Positions 22,576 to 32,820 are shown, numbered from the stretch's first letter. The stretch is 36,932 nt of DNA from Propionibacteriales bacterium (GCA_038233595.1 JBBSVL010000001.1:1-36932); one strand, 5' to 3'. The notes: generated by a model from the sequence alone, not told the origin. Made by a program: numbers and translations.

Positions 22576-22581
22576 TAGCGT
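22576..22581 (+). promoter_or_regulatory. -10 element (TAGCGT), probable internal leaderless murE promoter
   Basis: GG-TAGCGT 7 nt upstream of GTG 22589. Confidence 0.5.
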
Positions 22582-22588
22582 CGCGGCT

Positions 22589-24184
22589 GTGCCAACCATG
22601 GGGTCCGACCTGAGCTGGACCCGACCGCGCACACCGGTCCGCACCGATCTGGCGACGATCGCCGGCTGGGTCGGCGCGCCCGTGCAGCCAGGTGTCGAGC
22701 AACATGGCCAGCAACATGTCCTTCCACATGTCCTGGCCGGGTTCAAAGACGTGTTCGTCACGGGAGTCAGCCTGAGCTCGCAGCGGGTGCAGCCCGGCGA
22801 CCTGTACGCGGCGCTGCCGGGGGCGCGTGCCCATGGCGCCTCCTACGCCGCGGAGGCGATCGCCCGCGGTGCCGTGGCGGTGCTCACCGACCCGGCCGGC
22901 GCCGCGCTGCTGACCGCCGAGGTGGCGACCCGAGTGCCGGTGCTCGTCGTCGAGCGACCTCGCGTGGTCCTCGGTGACCTGGCCGCCCGCGTCTACGGCC
23001 GGCCCGCCGACGCGCTCACCCTGATGGCGGTCACCGGGACCCAGGGCAAGACCACGACCACCCGGCTCGCCGAGTCCGGCATGCAGGCAGCCGGCATCCC
23101 GTCCGCGGTCATCGGCACGGTGGGCACCCGCATCGACGGTCAGGATGTGAACACCTCCCTGACCACGCCGGAGGCCCCGGACCTGCACGCGCTGTTCGCG
23201 GTGATGCGCGAACGTGGCGTGAGCGCGTGCGCGATGGAGGTCTCCAGCCATGCGCTGGTGATGGGCCGAGTCGACGGTGTCGTGTTCGACGTCGCGGCGT
23301 TCACGAACCTGGGGCGGGACCATCTCGACTTCCACAAGGACCTCGAGGACTACTTTGCGGCCAAGGCGTCGCTGTTCACTCCGGAACGGGCCCGTCTCGG
23401 TCTGGTCAACGTCGACGACGCCCACGGTCGCCGGTTGGTCGAGCAGGCGACGGTCCCGGTCCGTACGTTCTCCACCGCCGGGGCCGACGCCGACTGGCGG
23501 GCGTCCGGCATCGCGCTTGCGCCGGACGGTGCGACCTTCGTGGTGGCGGGTCCGGGTGGGCTCACGATCCCGGCCCGGGTTCCGCTGGCCGGTGACTTCA
23601 ACGTGTCCAACGCCCTGTGCGCCATCGCCAGTGCGGGGGAGGCCGGGCTCGACGCCGCAGCCGTCGCCGCCGGGATCGCGGGCAGCCGTGGGGTGCCCGG
23701 CCGGCTGGAACGGGTCGACGCCGGCCAGGCCTGGTTGGCGATCGTGGACTACGCGCACAAGCCGGACGCGGTGACGGCCGCGCTGAACGCCCTGCGCAGC
23801 GTCACCAGCGGCCGGCTCATCGTGGTGATCGGCGCGGGCGGTGACCGCGACAAGGGCAAGCGGCCGCTGATGGGCGAGATAGCAGCCCGACTCTGCGACG
23901 TACTCATCGTCACCGACGACAACCCGCGCACCGAGGACCCCCACGACATCCGGGCCGAGGTACTGGCGGGAGTGTCGGGCGACGCCACCGCTGAGGTGCA
24001 CGAGGTCGACGGCCGCCGAGACGCGATCGCGCTCGCCGTCTCGCTGGCCCGTGCAGACGACACCGTGCTGGTGGCCGGCAAGGGGCACGAGACCGGGCAG
24101 GAGGTCGCCGGTGTGGTGCACCCCTTCGACGACCGCGAGGTGGTCCGCGAGCTGATCGGCGGGGCACAGGTGGACACCCGATGA
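22589..24184 (+). CDS. murE: UDP-MurNAc-dipeptide:diaminopimelate ligase
   Basis: VTGTQGKTT, TTPEA, MEVSSHAL, DHLDFH, DYAHKPD, DDNPRTED, AGKGHE. Confidence 0.96.
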   Translation: MPTMGSDLSWTRPRTPVRTDLATIAGWVGAPVQPGVEQHGQQHVLPHVLAGFKDVFVTGVSLSSQRVQPGDLYAALPGARAHGASYAAEAIARGAVAVLTDPAGAALLTAEVATRVPVLVVERPRVVLGDLAARVYGRPADALTLMAVTGTQGKTTTTRLAESGMQAAGIPSAVIGTVGTRIDGQDVNTSLTTPEAPDLHALFAVMRERGVSACAMEVSSHALVMGRVDGVVFDVAAFTNLGRDHLDFHKDLEDYFAAKASLFTPERARLGLVNVDDAHGRRLVEQATVPVRTFSTAGADADWRASGIALAPDGATFVVAGPGGLTIPARVPLAGDFNVSNALCAIASAGEAGLDAAAVAAGIAGSRGVPGRLERVDAGQAWLAIVDYAHKPDAVTAALNALRSVTSGRLIVVIGAGGDRDKGKRPLMGEIAARLCDVLIVTDDNPRTEDPHDIRAEVLAGVSGDATAEVHEVDGRRDAIALAVSLARADDTVLVAGKGHETGQEVAGVVHPFDDREVVRELIGGAQVDTR

Positions 24185-25632
24185 TCGCCATGCGGCTCAG
24201 TGAGATCGCCCTTGTCGTCAACGGGCGGGTCGAGGCGGAGACCGACCCCGAGGTCACCGCCCCGGCGTGCGTGGACAGCCGACTTGCCGAGCCGGGCGGC
24301 CTCTTCGTGGCGGTCGTGGGGGAGCGGGTGGACGGGCACGACTACGCCGAGCGGGCGATCGCAGCCGGTGCCGTGGCGGTGCTGGGGTCGCGTCCGACCG
24401 GGGCACCGACCGTGGTCGTCGCGGATCCGGTCGAGGCGCTGGGCCGGCTCGCCCGCAATGTCGTCGACCGGCTGAACGGGCAGGACCGGCAGGCCGGGCT
24501 CACGATCCTGGCGCTGACCGGGTCGCAGGGCAAGACCGGCACCAAGGATCTGCTCGCTGCCGTCCTCGCGGGTGCCGGGCACACCGTTGCCACCGCCGGC
24601 AACCTCAACAACGAGATCGGCGTGCCGTTGACCGTGCTCCGCGCCGACGCCGACACTCGCTTTCTGCTGGTCGAGATGGGCGCGCGCGGGATCGGGCACA
24701 TCGGCTACCTGTGCCGCATCGCCCCGCCGTCGGTGGCCGGGGTGCTCAACGTGGGTGTCGCACACCTTGGGGAGTTCGGCAGCCGGGAGGGCGTGGCACA
24801 GGCGAAGGGCGAGATCGTCGAGGCGCTCCCGAAGGGAGGGGTCGCCTTCCTCAACGCGGACGACCCGCTGGTCGCCCCGATGTCTGCTCGTACGACGGCC
24901 AGGGTGCTGACCTTCGGGACCACGCCGGGTGCCGACGTACGCCTGGAGAACCTCGAGCTCGACGACGTCGGGCGCCCCCGGTTCACCCTGGTGCACGGTG
25001 CGGAACGGGCGAGTGTGGCCCTGCGCGGGCTGGGCGCCCACCAGGCGATGAACGCCGCCGCCGCCGCCGCAGCTGCGATCGCCGCCGGTCTCGCCCTGCC
25101 CGACGTGGCGAGCGCACTGTGCGAGGCCCGGGCCGCCTCGCACTGGCGGATGGAGCTCACCGTGCGGGCCGACGGGGTCCGGGTGATCAACGACGCCTAC
25201 AACGCCAACCCGGACTCGATGCGGGCCGCGCTGGAGACCCTGGCCGGGATCGGACGACGCAGCGGCGCCCGCACCCTCGCCGTACTCGGGGAGATGCGGG
25301 AGCTCGGTGCCGGTGCCGCCGACGAGCACCGGGCGATCGGCCGGCTGGTGCGCGAGCTCGGTATCGACGAGCTCGTGGTGGTCGGGCCGGAAGCCGTCGG
25401 GATCATCGAGGGAGCGAGCGGCTCGACCGGGGTGTCGAGCGAAGGAACGACACCTGCGCAGTGGGGTTCGCCACTCCACGCGGCGGATGTGCACGAGGCA
25501 ACGGCCTGGTTGCGAGAAACTGTCCGGGCACCCGACGTGGTCCTGGTCAAGGCCTCGCGCGGTGCGGAGCTCGAACGGGTCGCGCAGGCGCTGCTCGACG
25601 ACGTTGTCGAAGGGGAGGAGCCCGCCCGATGA
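24181..25632 (+). CDS. murF: UDP-MurNAc-tripeptide:D-Ala-D-Ala ligase
   Basis: [60 protein letters not shown]. Confidence 0.96.
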   Translation: MIAMRLSEIALVVNGRVEAETDPEVTAPACVDSRLAEPGGLFVAVVGERVDGHDYAERAIAAGAVAVLGSRPTGAPTVVVADPVEALGRLARNVVDRLNGQDRQAGLTILALTGSQGKTGTKDLLAAVLAGAGHTVATAGNLNNEIGVPLTVLRADADTRFLLVEMGARGIGHIGYLCRIAPPSVAGVLNVGVAHLGEFGSREGVAQAKGEIVEALPKGGVAFLNADDPLVAPMSARTTARVLTFGTTPGADVRLENLELDDVGRPRFTLVHGAERASVALRGLGAHQAMNAAAAAAAAIAAGLALPDVASALCEARAASHWRMELTVRADGVRVINDAYNANPDSMRAALETLAGIGRRSGARTLAVLGEMRELGAGAADEHRAIGRLVRELGIDELVVVGPEAVGIIEGASGSTGVSSEGTTPAQWGSPLHAADVHEATAWLRETVRAPDVVLVKASRGAELERVAQALLDDVVEGEEPAR

Positions 25633-26699
25633 AAGCGGTCCTGCTCGCCGGCGGTCTCTCCCTGGTCCTCACCCTGCTCGGCACCCGCGTGGCGATCCGG
25701 ATACTCTCCGAGCGCGGCTACGGCCAGCTGATCCGCGCCGACGGCCCGACCAGCCACCAGGTCAAACGTGGCACGCCGACCATGGGTGGTCTGGTGATCG
25801 TCCTGGCCAGCGTCCTCGGCTACTTCCTGGCCAAGCTGGCCACCGGGGAGACGCCGACGGCCTCGGCGCTGCTGCTCCTGTTCCTCTACGTCGGACTCGG
25901 CACCGTCGGCTTCCTCGACGACTTCATCAAGATCTGGAAGCAGCGCAACCTCGGCCTACGCAGCAAGGCCAAGTTCATCGGCCAGATCGTCGTGGCGGCC
26001 ATCTTCGGCTGGCTCGCACTGTGGCCGCGGCTGAAGGACGACTTCGGCGAGATGCCGGCGAGCCGGGCCGTGTCGTTCATCCGCGACATGGATCGGTTCA
26101 CGATGCCGATGGTGGTGGCGGTGCTGTTCCTCGTGGTGCTGATCGCCGGAGCCAGCAACGCGGTCAACCTGACCGACGGCCTCGATGGCCTCGCCACGGG
26201 TGCCTCGACGATGGTCTTCGGCGCCTACATCCTGGTGAACATCTGGCAGAACAACCAGGACTGCACCATGCGACCCTCACCGACCTGCTACCACGTCCGG
26301 GACCCGCTCGACCTGGCGGTGGTCGCGGCCGCGATCACCGGCGCCTGCTTCGGGTTCCTGTGGTGGAACGCCTCACCGGCCCAGATCTTCATGGGCGACA
26401 CCGGCTCCCTGGCGCTGGGCGGCGCCCTGGCCGGCCTGGCCATCCTGACCCGCACCGAGTTCCTGCTCGCCCTGCTCGGCGGCCTGTTCGTGCTGCAGGC
26501 GTTGTCGGTGATCCTCCAGGTCGGGTTCTTCAAGGCCACCCGGGGCAAACGGCTGTTCCGAATGGCACCCCTCCATCACCACTTCGAGCTGCTCGGCTGG
26601 GAGGAGGTCACTGTGACGATCCGGTTCTGGATCATCACCGGGCTCTTCGTGGCAGCCGGCCTCGGTGTCTTCTACGCAGAGTGGGTCGCAGGCGGATGA
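25629..26699 (+). CDS. mraY: Phospho-MurNAc-pentapeptide transferase
   Basis: ATG 25629 (ATGA with murF); [45 protein letters not shown]. Confidence 0.97.
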   Translation: MKAVLLAGGLSLVLTLLGTRVAIRILSERGYGQLIRADGPTSHQVKRGTPTMGGLVIVLASVLGYFLAKLATGETPTASALLLLFLYVGLGTVGFLDDFIKIWKQRNLGLRSKAKFIGQIVVAAIFGWLALWPRLKDDFGEMPASRAVSFIRDMDRFTMPMVVAVLFLVVLIAGASNAVNLTDGLDGLATGASTMVFGAYILVNIWQNNQDCTMRPSPTCYHVRDPLDLAVVAAAITGACFGFLWWNASPAQIFMGDTGSLALGGALAGLAILTRTEFLLALLGGLFVLQALSVILQVGFFKATRGKRLFRMAPLHHHFELLGWEEVTVTIRFWIITGLFVAAGLGVFYAEWVAGG

Positions 26700-26713
26700 G
26701 CCACCCCACGTGA
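26696..26713 (+). other. 5-codon coupling micro-ORF (MSHPT*), remnant of the 48-bp element
   Basis: ATGAGCCACCCCACGTGA; the first 15 nt are identical to 20003-20017; overlaps the mraY stop (ATGA) and murD start (GTGA). Confidence 0.7.
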
Positions 26714-28143
26714 GCCTCGACGGTCTTTCCCGCACCTCCGACTGGTCCGGCGTACACGCCGTCGTGGCCGGGTTCGGTGTCTCGGGGTTCGCGGCCGCGG
26801 ACAACCTGACCCACCTCGGCGCCCGTGTCACGGCTCTCGACGAGTCAGTGGCCGGCGACCGGCCGGAGCGGGCCGAGCTGCTGGAGATCCTCGGCGCGAG
26901 CGTGCGTCTGGGGGACGGCGCCACTGCGACCCTGCCCGACGGGGTCGACCTGGTGGTCACCTCGCCGGGCTGGTCACCGAGCGCGCCGCTGCTCGCCCAG
27001 GCCATGGCCCGCGGCGTCCCGGTCTGGGGGGAGGTCGAGCTGGCCTGGCGGTTGCGTGACCCGGAGCGTCCGGCCCCCTGGCTCGCGGTGACCGGCACCA
27101 ACGGCAAGACCACCACCGTGCAGATGCTGGAGGCGATGCTGCGCGCCGCCGGGCTGCACACAGTCGCGGCCGGCAATGTCGGGCTGCCGCTGGTCGAGGC
27201 GGTGATGGACCCCCGGCCCTACGACGTGCTCGCCGTGGAGCTGTCCAGCTTCCAGCTGCACTACACCTCCACCGTGGCGGCCGAGTCGGCTGCGGTGCTC
27301 AACCTCGCCGAGGACCACCTGGACTGGTACGCCGACATGGCCGCCTACGCCGCCGACAAGGGCCGCATCTACCAGGGCGTTCAGCGAGCCTGCGTCTACA
27401 ACGTCGCCGACCCGGCGACCGAGCAGCTGGTCCGCGACGCCGAGGTGGCCGAGGGAGCCCGGGCGATCGGTTTCACCCCGGGCCTGCCGGGTGTCGGGAT
27501 GCTCGGCGTGGTCGATGGCGTGCTCTGCGACCGGGCGTTCGTCGAGGAGCGGCAGACCAGTGCGGTCGAGCTGTGCACGCTGGACGACCTGGCGACGCAG
27601 GCCCCGCACTACGTGGCCAACGCACTCGCCGCCGCCGCGTTGGCGCGCTCCCACTCCGTTCCGCCGGAGGCGGTCCGCGAGGCGCTTCGCGACTTCCGGC
27701 CCGACGGGCACCGCATCGCAGAGGTCGCCACGGTGCGGGAAGTCAGCTGGATCGACGACTCCAAGGCGACCAACCCCCACGCCGCCCAGGCATCCCTGCA
27801 GGCCTACGACCCGGTGGTCTGGGTGGCGGGCGGACTGGCCAAGGGCGCGACTTTCGACGTCCTGGTGGCCCGGGTGCGCGACCGGTTGCGCGGTGTGGTG
27901 CTGATCGGTCGTGATGCTGGAGTGATTCATGAGGCGCTGGTGCGACACGCGCCGGATGTTCCGGTGATCGAAGTCGACGACGGGGAGACTCCTGTCATGG
28001 AAGGCGTGGTGGCAGCGGCCACCTCGCTGGCTCGGCCGGGGGACACCGTGTTGCTGGCTCCGGGTTGTGCCTCCATGGACATGTTCACGAACTACGCGGA
28101 ACGTGGCGAAGCCTTCGCCGCCGCCGTGCGACGTCTGGCCTGA
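26710..28143 (+). CDS. murD: UDP-MurNAc-L-Ala:D-Glu ligase
   Basis: GTG 26710; GFGVSG, VTSPG, VTGTNGKTTT, GNVG, ELSSFQL, EDHLDW, DDSKATN, LLAPGCASMDMF. Confidence 0.96.
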   Translation: MSLDGLSRTSDWSGVHAVVAGFGVSGFAAADNLTHLGARVTALDESVAGDRPERAELLEILGASVRLGDGATATLPDGVDLVVTSPGWSPSAPLLAQAMARGVPVWGEVELAWRLRDPERPAPWLAVTGTNGKTTTVQMLEAMLRAAGLHTVAAGNVGLPLVEAVMDPRPYDVLAVELSSFQLHYTSTVAAESAAVLNLAEDHLDWYADMAAYAADKGRIYQGVQRACVYNVADPATEQLVRDAEVAEGARAIGFTPGLPGVGMLGVVDGVLCDRAFVEERQTSAVELCTLDDLATQAPHYVANALAAAALARSHSVPPEAVREALRDFRPDGHRIAEVATVREVSWIDDSKATNPHAAQASLQAYDPVVWVAGGLAKGATFDVLVARVRDRLRGVVLIGRDAGVIHEALVRHAPDVPVIEVDDGETPVMEGVVAAATSLARPGDTVLLAPGCASMDMFTNYAERGEAFAAAVRRLA

Positions 28144-28174
28144 CAGCGCCTGGCCCGAACTGGAAGGGTGTGCG

Positions 28175-29440
28175 ATGACCTCCACCGTCCAGTCCCCACC
28201 CCGGGCGGGTCGCCGACCCGCTGCCGCGCGTGACGTCCGGCTCGGACTGCACGGCTGGCTGGAGAGCACCCGCACGATGCTGGCCAAGCCGCTCACGCCC
28301 TACTACGCCCTGCTCGGTGCCAGCACGCTGCTGCTGGCCATCGGCCTGATGGAGGTGCTCAGCGCGTCCAGCGTCTCGTCGTACCGTCAGTTCGGCAGCA
28401 GCTACCACTGGTTCTTCCGGCAGCTGACCTGGGTCGCGATCGGCATCCCGACAGCAGCGGCCGCCAGCCGGCTGCCGCACCGGGTGCTCCGGCGGTTCTC
28501 GTGGCCCGCGCTAGGCGTCTCGGTGGTGCTGGTCGCCCTGACCCAGACCGGTCTGGGTGTCACCGTCAACGGCAACCGCAACTGGCTCGCGATCGGCCCG
28601 CTGCAGATACAGCCCGCCGAGATCGCGAAGTTCTCCCTGATCCTTTGGATCTCGCACATCTATGCCATGAAGGAGAAGCTGCTCGGCGACTGGAAGCACG
28701 TGGTGGTGCCGGTGGTGCCGTTCGTGCTGCTGATCACCGGCATGGTCGTCGTCCTCGGTGGCGACCTCGGCACCGGACTGGTGCTCTTCGCCATTGCCCT
28801 GGGGATGCTGTGGGTGGCCGGCGCCCCGATGCGGCTGTTCGTCGCCGCGGCCAGCGCGGTGGGTGTCGTCGCGTTCGCCCTGGCCGCAGCAAGTCCGGAA
28901 CGGCTGGCCCGGCTGACCAGCTTCGCCGACCCGTTCAAGCACTTCTCCGACGCCGGCTGGCAGAGCGGCCACGGCATCCTCGGGATGGCCAGCGGTGGCA
29001 TCTTCGGCAAGGGCATCGGCGCCTCCCAGCAGAAGTGGGGCAACCTCCCCGAGCCGCACACCGACTTCATCTTCGCCGTGCTCGGCGAGGAGCTGGGCCT
29101 GGTCGGCACCCTGCTGGTGCTGTCGCTCTTCCTCGTCATCGCCTACGCCGGGATCCGGATCGCGTTGCAGGCCAAGGACCCCTTCGTCCGCTACATGGCT
29201 GCCGGCATCACCGTCTGGCTGGCCGTGCAGATGATGATCAACATCGGCATGGTTCTCGCGCTGCTGCCGGTGATCGGCATCCCGCTGCCCCTGGTCTCCT
29301 ACGGCGGCTCCTCGCTCGTGCCGGAGCTGGTCGCGATCGGATTGCTGATCTCGTTCGCCCGGCGCGAACCAGCGGCCGCGCGCGAGCTGCGCAACCGCCG
29401 CGGCGTCAGTTCGACGCGTGCGGGCCGACGAGGCAACTGA
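28175..29440 (+). CDS. ftsW: Peptidoglycan glycosyltransferase FtsW (SEDS)
   Basis: NGNRNW, IQPAEIAK, GDLGT, LPEPHTDFIFAVLGEELG, PVIGIPLPLVSYGGSS. Confidence 0.96.
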   Translation: MTSTVQSPPRAGRRPAAARDVRLGLHGWLESTRTMLAKPLTPYYALLGASTLLLAIGLMEVLSASSVSSYRQFGSSYHWFFRQLTWVAIGIPTAAAASRLPHRVLRRFSWPALGVSVVLVALTQTGLGVTVNGNRNWLAIGPLQIQPAEIAKFSLILWISHIYAMKEKLLGDWKHVVVPVVPFVLLITGMVVVLGGDLGTGLVLFAIALGMLWVAGAPMRLFVAAASAVGVVAFALAAASPERLARLTSFADPFKHFSDAGWQSGHGILGMASGGIFGKGIGASQQKWGNLPEPHTDFIFAVLGEELGLVGTLLVLSLFLVIAYAGIRIALQAKDPFVRYMAAGITVWLAVQMMINIGMVLALLPVIGIPLPLVSYGGSSLVPELVAIGLLISFARREPAAARELRNRRGVSSTRAGRRGN

Positions 29441-30525
29441 TGCACGTGCTCCTCGCCGGTGGGGGCACCGCTGGACACACCTCCCCGCTGCTTGCCACCG
29501 CTGACGCGCTGCGCCGCCGCGACCCCACCATCGTGATCACCGCGCTCGGCACCCCTCGTGGGCTGGAGAACCGCGTGGTGCCCGCCGCGGGGTACTCCCT
29601 GGAGCTGGTCCCGCCGGTGCCGTTGTCCCGCAAGCTCGACGCCGACCTGCTGCGCACCCCGGCCCGGCTGCGGGCGACGGTCAAGGCGGCGCTGGAGGTG
29701 CTGGACCGGGTGCGCCCCGACGTGGTGGTGGGGTTCGGTGGCTACGTGTCCGTCCCGGCCTACCTCGCGGCTCGTCGGCGCAGGCTCCCGATCGTGGTGC
29801 ACGAGGGCAACGCGATGCCCGGCATCGCGAACAAGCTGGGCGCCAGGCTCACCCGACACGTCGCCACCAGCTTCCCGGGCACCGAGCTGCGCCATGGCGT
29901 CTACGTCGGACTGCCGGTCCGGCGGATGATCTCCACCCTCGACCGCGGTGACCTCCGCGAGGTTGCCCGTGCCCACTTCGGGCTCGACGACGACCGACCC
30001 ACACTGCTCGTGACCGGTGGCTCCCAAGGCGCCCGGAGGCTCAACGAGTCGGTGTCTGGCGCCGCGTCCGCCTTCGCCGGGGCGGGTGTCCAGGTGCTGC
30101 ACGTGGTCGGGCCCGCCGGCGAGGTGTCGGTCGTGACGCTTCCGGGCGGCCCGCCGTACGTCGTGGAGCAGTTCGTGGAGCGGATGGATCTTGCCTACGC
30201 AGCCGCCGACGCCGTGTTGTGCCGGGCCGGGGCGAACACAGTCACCGAGGTGTCCGGGGTCGGACTGCCGGCGATCTACGTGCCGCTGCCGATCGGCAAC
30301 GGCGAGCAGGCGCTCAACGCGCGGCCGGTCATCGACGCCGGAGGAGGGCTGCTGGTAGCCGACGCAGCGCTGACCCCGGAATGGGTGCGCGACAACGTCC
30401 CGGCCCTGCTGACCAACCCGATGCGCCTGCTAGGCATGTCCCGAGCTGCGGCCGACGTGATCCCGCTGGACGCCGACGAGAAGCTTGTCGACATGATCCT
30501 CGAGGCTGCCCGGGGTCGTCGGTGA
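29440..30525 (+). CDS. murG: Lipid II GlcNAc transferase
   Basis: ATG 29440 (TGATG with ftsW); AGGGTAGHTSP, GFGGYVS, HEGN, GGSQGA, RAGA.TVTE, NGEQ.LNA. Confidence 0.97.
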   Translation: MHVLLAGGGTAGHTSPLLATADALRRRDPTIVITALGTPRGLENRVVPAAGYSLELVPPVPLSRKLDADLLRTPARLRATVKAALEVLDRVRPDVVVGFGGYVSVPAYLAARRRRLPIVVHEGNAMPGIANKLGARLTRHVATSFPGTELRHGVYVGLPVRRMISTLDRGDLREVARAHFGLDDDRPTLLVTGGSQGARRLNESVSGAASAFAGAGVQVLHVVGPAGEVSVVTLPGGPPYVVEQFVERMDLAYAAADAVLCRAGANTVTEVSGVGLPAIYVPLPIGNGEQALNARPVIDAGGGLLVADAALTPEWVRDNVPALLTNPMRLLGMSRAAADVIPLDADEKLVDMILEAARGRR

Positions 30526-31967
30526 GGATTCCCGTCCCCGACGAGCTGGGACCCGCCGAGGCCCTGGGGCGGGTGCACTTCGTGGGCATCGGAGGCGCCG
30601 GGCTCTCCGGCATCGCCCGGATCATGCTGGCTCGTGGCATCGAGGTCTCCGGCAGCGATGCCAAGGAGTCCCGTGCCCTGGACGCGTTGCGCACGCTCGG
30701 TGCCACCTGCTGGGTCGGACACGCGGCAGAGCACGTGCACGACGCCGACACCCTTGTTGTGTCCACGGCGGTGCGGGCCGACAACCCAGAGGTCGTCGAG
30801 GCGGTCCGGCTCGGGCTGCGGCTGCTGCCACGGTCGGCCGCCCTCGAGTCGGTGATGCAGGGCAAGCGGGTGGTCGCGGTGGCGGGCACCCATGGCAAGA
30901 CCACCACCACGTCGCTGCTCACCGTGGCACTGCAGGCTTGTGGCGCCGACCCGTCGTTCGCGATCGGCGGCGACCTCAACGAGACCGGCTCCAACGCCCA
31001 CGACGGCACTGGTGGCATCTTCGTGGCCGAGGCCGACGAGAGCGACGGGGCGTTCCTGGTCTACTCGCCCCGGGTCGGGCTGGTGACCAACGTCGAGGCG
31101 GACCACCTCGACAACTACGGCACCGAGGAGGCCTACCGGGCGGCGTTCGAACAGTTCCTGGGTCGGATCGACCCGGCCGGCTTCGTGGTGGCCTGCATCG
31201 ACGACCCGGGCGCAGCAGACCTCGCGGAGAAGGCGCGGGCCCGGAGGCTGCGGGTCGTGACCGTGGGGGAGTCCGAACGCGCGGACATCCGGGCGGTTCG
31301 GGTGCAGTTCGCGGGCTCGACGTCCAGCTTCGACGTGATCGACCACGGCCGCCGTCTGGGCGCCGTACGACTGCAGATCCCCGGGCGGCACTACGTCCTC
31401 GACGCGTTGTGCGCCCTCGCTGGTGGTCTGGGCCTCGGCTTCGGTTTCACCGACCTCGCCCGCGGCCTGGCCTCGTTCACCGGCACCCGGCGCCGGATGG
31501 AGCTCAAGGGCGAGGTGGGCGGGATCCGGGTCTACGACAGCTACGCCCATCACCCCCAGGAGATCGCCGGTGACCTGCAGGCCGCGCGCTCGGTGGCGGG
31601 TGCGGGTCGAGTGGTGGTCGCCTTCCAGCCGCACCTGGTCTCCCGCACCAAGATCTTCGCGCCGGCGATGGGCCGGGCACTCGGTGCGGCCGACGAAGTC
31701 GTCGTGATGGACATCTACGTCGCCCGCGAGGACCCCGAACCCGGGGTCAGCGGGGCGCTGGTCGCCGCCGCCGTACCCCTGCCGGCGGGCTCAGTGGTCT
31801 TCGAGCCACGGTTCGCCAGCGTCGCCGGCCACCTCGTCTCGCGCGCGCGGCCCGGTGACGTCGTGCTCACCCTCGGCGCTGGAGACGTCACCCTGCTCGC
31901 ACCCGAGCTGTTGACCCTGCTGTCCGAACGCATGGAGGAGAAGTCGCATGAGCAGCCTGATGTCTAG
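30522..31967 (+). CDS. murC: UDP-MurNAc:L-Ala ligase
   Basis: GTG 30522; HFVGIGGAGLS, AGTHGKTTT, EADESDG, EADHLD, DSYAHHP, FQPH, LGAGD. Confidence 0.97.
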   Translation: MRIPVPDELGPAEALGRVHFVGIGGAGLSGIARIMLARGIEVSGSDAKESRALDALRTLGATCWVGHAAEHVHDADTLVVSTAVRADNPEVVEAVRLGLRLLPRSAALESVMQGKRVVAVAGTHGKTTTTSLLTVALQACGADPSFAIGGDLNETGSNAHDGTGGIFVAEADESDGAFLVYSPRVGLVTNVEADHLDNYGTEEAYRAAFEQFLGRIDPAGFVVACIDDPGAADLAEKARARRLRVVTVGESERADIRAVRVQFAGSTSSFDVIDHGRRLGAVRLQIPGRHYVLDALCALAGGLGLGFGFTDLARGLASFTGTRRRMELKGEVGGIRVYDSYAHHPQEIAGDLQAARSVAGAGRVVVAFQPHLVSRTKIFAPAMGRALGAADEVVVMDIYVAREDPEPGVSGALVAAAVPLPAGSVVFEPRFASVAGHLVSRARPGDVVLTLGAGDVTLLAPELLTLLSERMEEKSHEQPDV

Positions 31968-32724
31968 GCGCCGGCACCCGGCCGACCAGGCGGGCCCCGA
32001 CGAGGAGACGATCGCCCTGGAGCGCCGGCTCTTCGAGCAGCGTCGGCGTTCGCAGCGGACCGGCCGGCTGCGGCCGCTGGTGGCGGCCCTGCTGGCCGCG
32101 CTGGTCGTGGTCGCGGGCGGCTACGTCGTGTTGTTCTCCGGCCTGCTCACCGCCCAGCAGGTCCAGGTCACCGGGGCGTCGTACGTCGCGCCGGTGCAGG
32201 TACGCCGAGCCGCCCAGGTGCCGCTCGGGAAGCCGCTCGCCAGGGTGGACCTCGCCGCGATCAGGAGCCGGGTCTCCCGGTTGCCGGCCGTGAAGTCGGT
32301 CCAGGTCAGTCGGGCCTGGCCGCACACCGTGCGGATAGCGGTCACCGAACGGGTGGCGGTGGCCGTCGTACCGCGGGGGAGTGGGTTCCGCGGCCTGTCA
32401 GCCGACGGCGTGCTGTTCCGCAGCTACGGCACCAGACCGGCGGGTCTGCCCGAGATCCGGGCCCAGCAGAACGCCGGCAAGGACGCGCTTCAGGAATCCG
32501 CCCGCGTGGTCGGGTCGATGCCGCCGGCGCTGCTACGCCGCGTCGACCACGTCACGGTTGCCACGATCGACCAGATCAAGCTCGTGATGCGTGGCGGACG
32601 ACAGGTGGACTGGGGGAACTCCTCCCTGTCGGCGCAGAAGGCCGAGGTGCTCGGGGTGCTGATGAAGCGGCCGGCCTCCCAGATCGACGTCAGCGTGCCG
32701 GGGCGCCCCACGACCCGTCCCTAG
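31948..32724 (+). CDS. ftsQ: Cell division protein FtsQ
   Basis: TM segment, POTRA-like V.RAWPHTVRI.VTER, WG, IDVSVP; lies between murC and ftsZ (ATG 31960 is an alternative start). Confidence 0.9.
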   Translation: MSSLMSRRRHPADQAGPDEETIALERRLFEQRRRSQRTGRLRPLVAALLAALVVVAGGYVVLFSGLLTAQQVQVTGASYVAPVQVRRAAQVPLGKPLARVDLAAIRSRVSRLPAVKSVQVSRAWPHTVRIAVTERVAVAVVPRGSGFRGLSADGVLFRSYGTRPAGLPEIRAQQNAGKDALQESARVVGSMPPALLRRVDHVTVATIDQIKLVMRGGRQVDWGNSSLSAQKAEVLGVLMKRPASQIDVSVPGRPTTRP

Positions 32725-32820
32725 GTTGAGCTGCGCGAAACGCCCCGTCGAGATGTGCTGAAAGCACCCCGCCCGCGGGGCGTTTCCCAGAACTCATGGG
32801 GGCTTTTCGCGCAGCTCAAC
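32725..32820. repeat. 96-bp REP/MITE-like element with 16-bp perfect terminal inverted repeats
   Basis: GTTGAGCTGCGCGAAA (32725-40) ... TTTCGCGCAGCTCAAC (32805-20), starting immediately after the ftsQ TAG. Confidence 0.8.

Noticed and set aside
20699-24121. Very long antisense or off-frame ORFs (e.g. 20699-24121, 12526-15519, 13452-15401, 23749-25494, 33111-34814)
   Set aside because: Shadow ORFs of well-supported genes; expected at about 70% GC, with no recognisable motifs.
24172-24184. GGACACCCGATGA at murE/murF (and CCCGATGA at murF/mraY) as element remnants
   Set aside because: Too short; CGA-TGA overlaps are common in GC-rich operons.
25421-25440. GCTCGAC-N6-GTCGAGC hairpin in a variable loop of murF
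   Set aside because: A 7-bp GC-rich stem is within chance expectation and matches neither repeat family.
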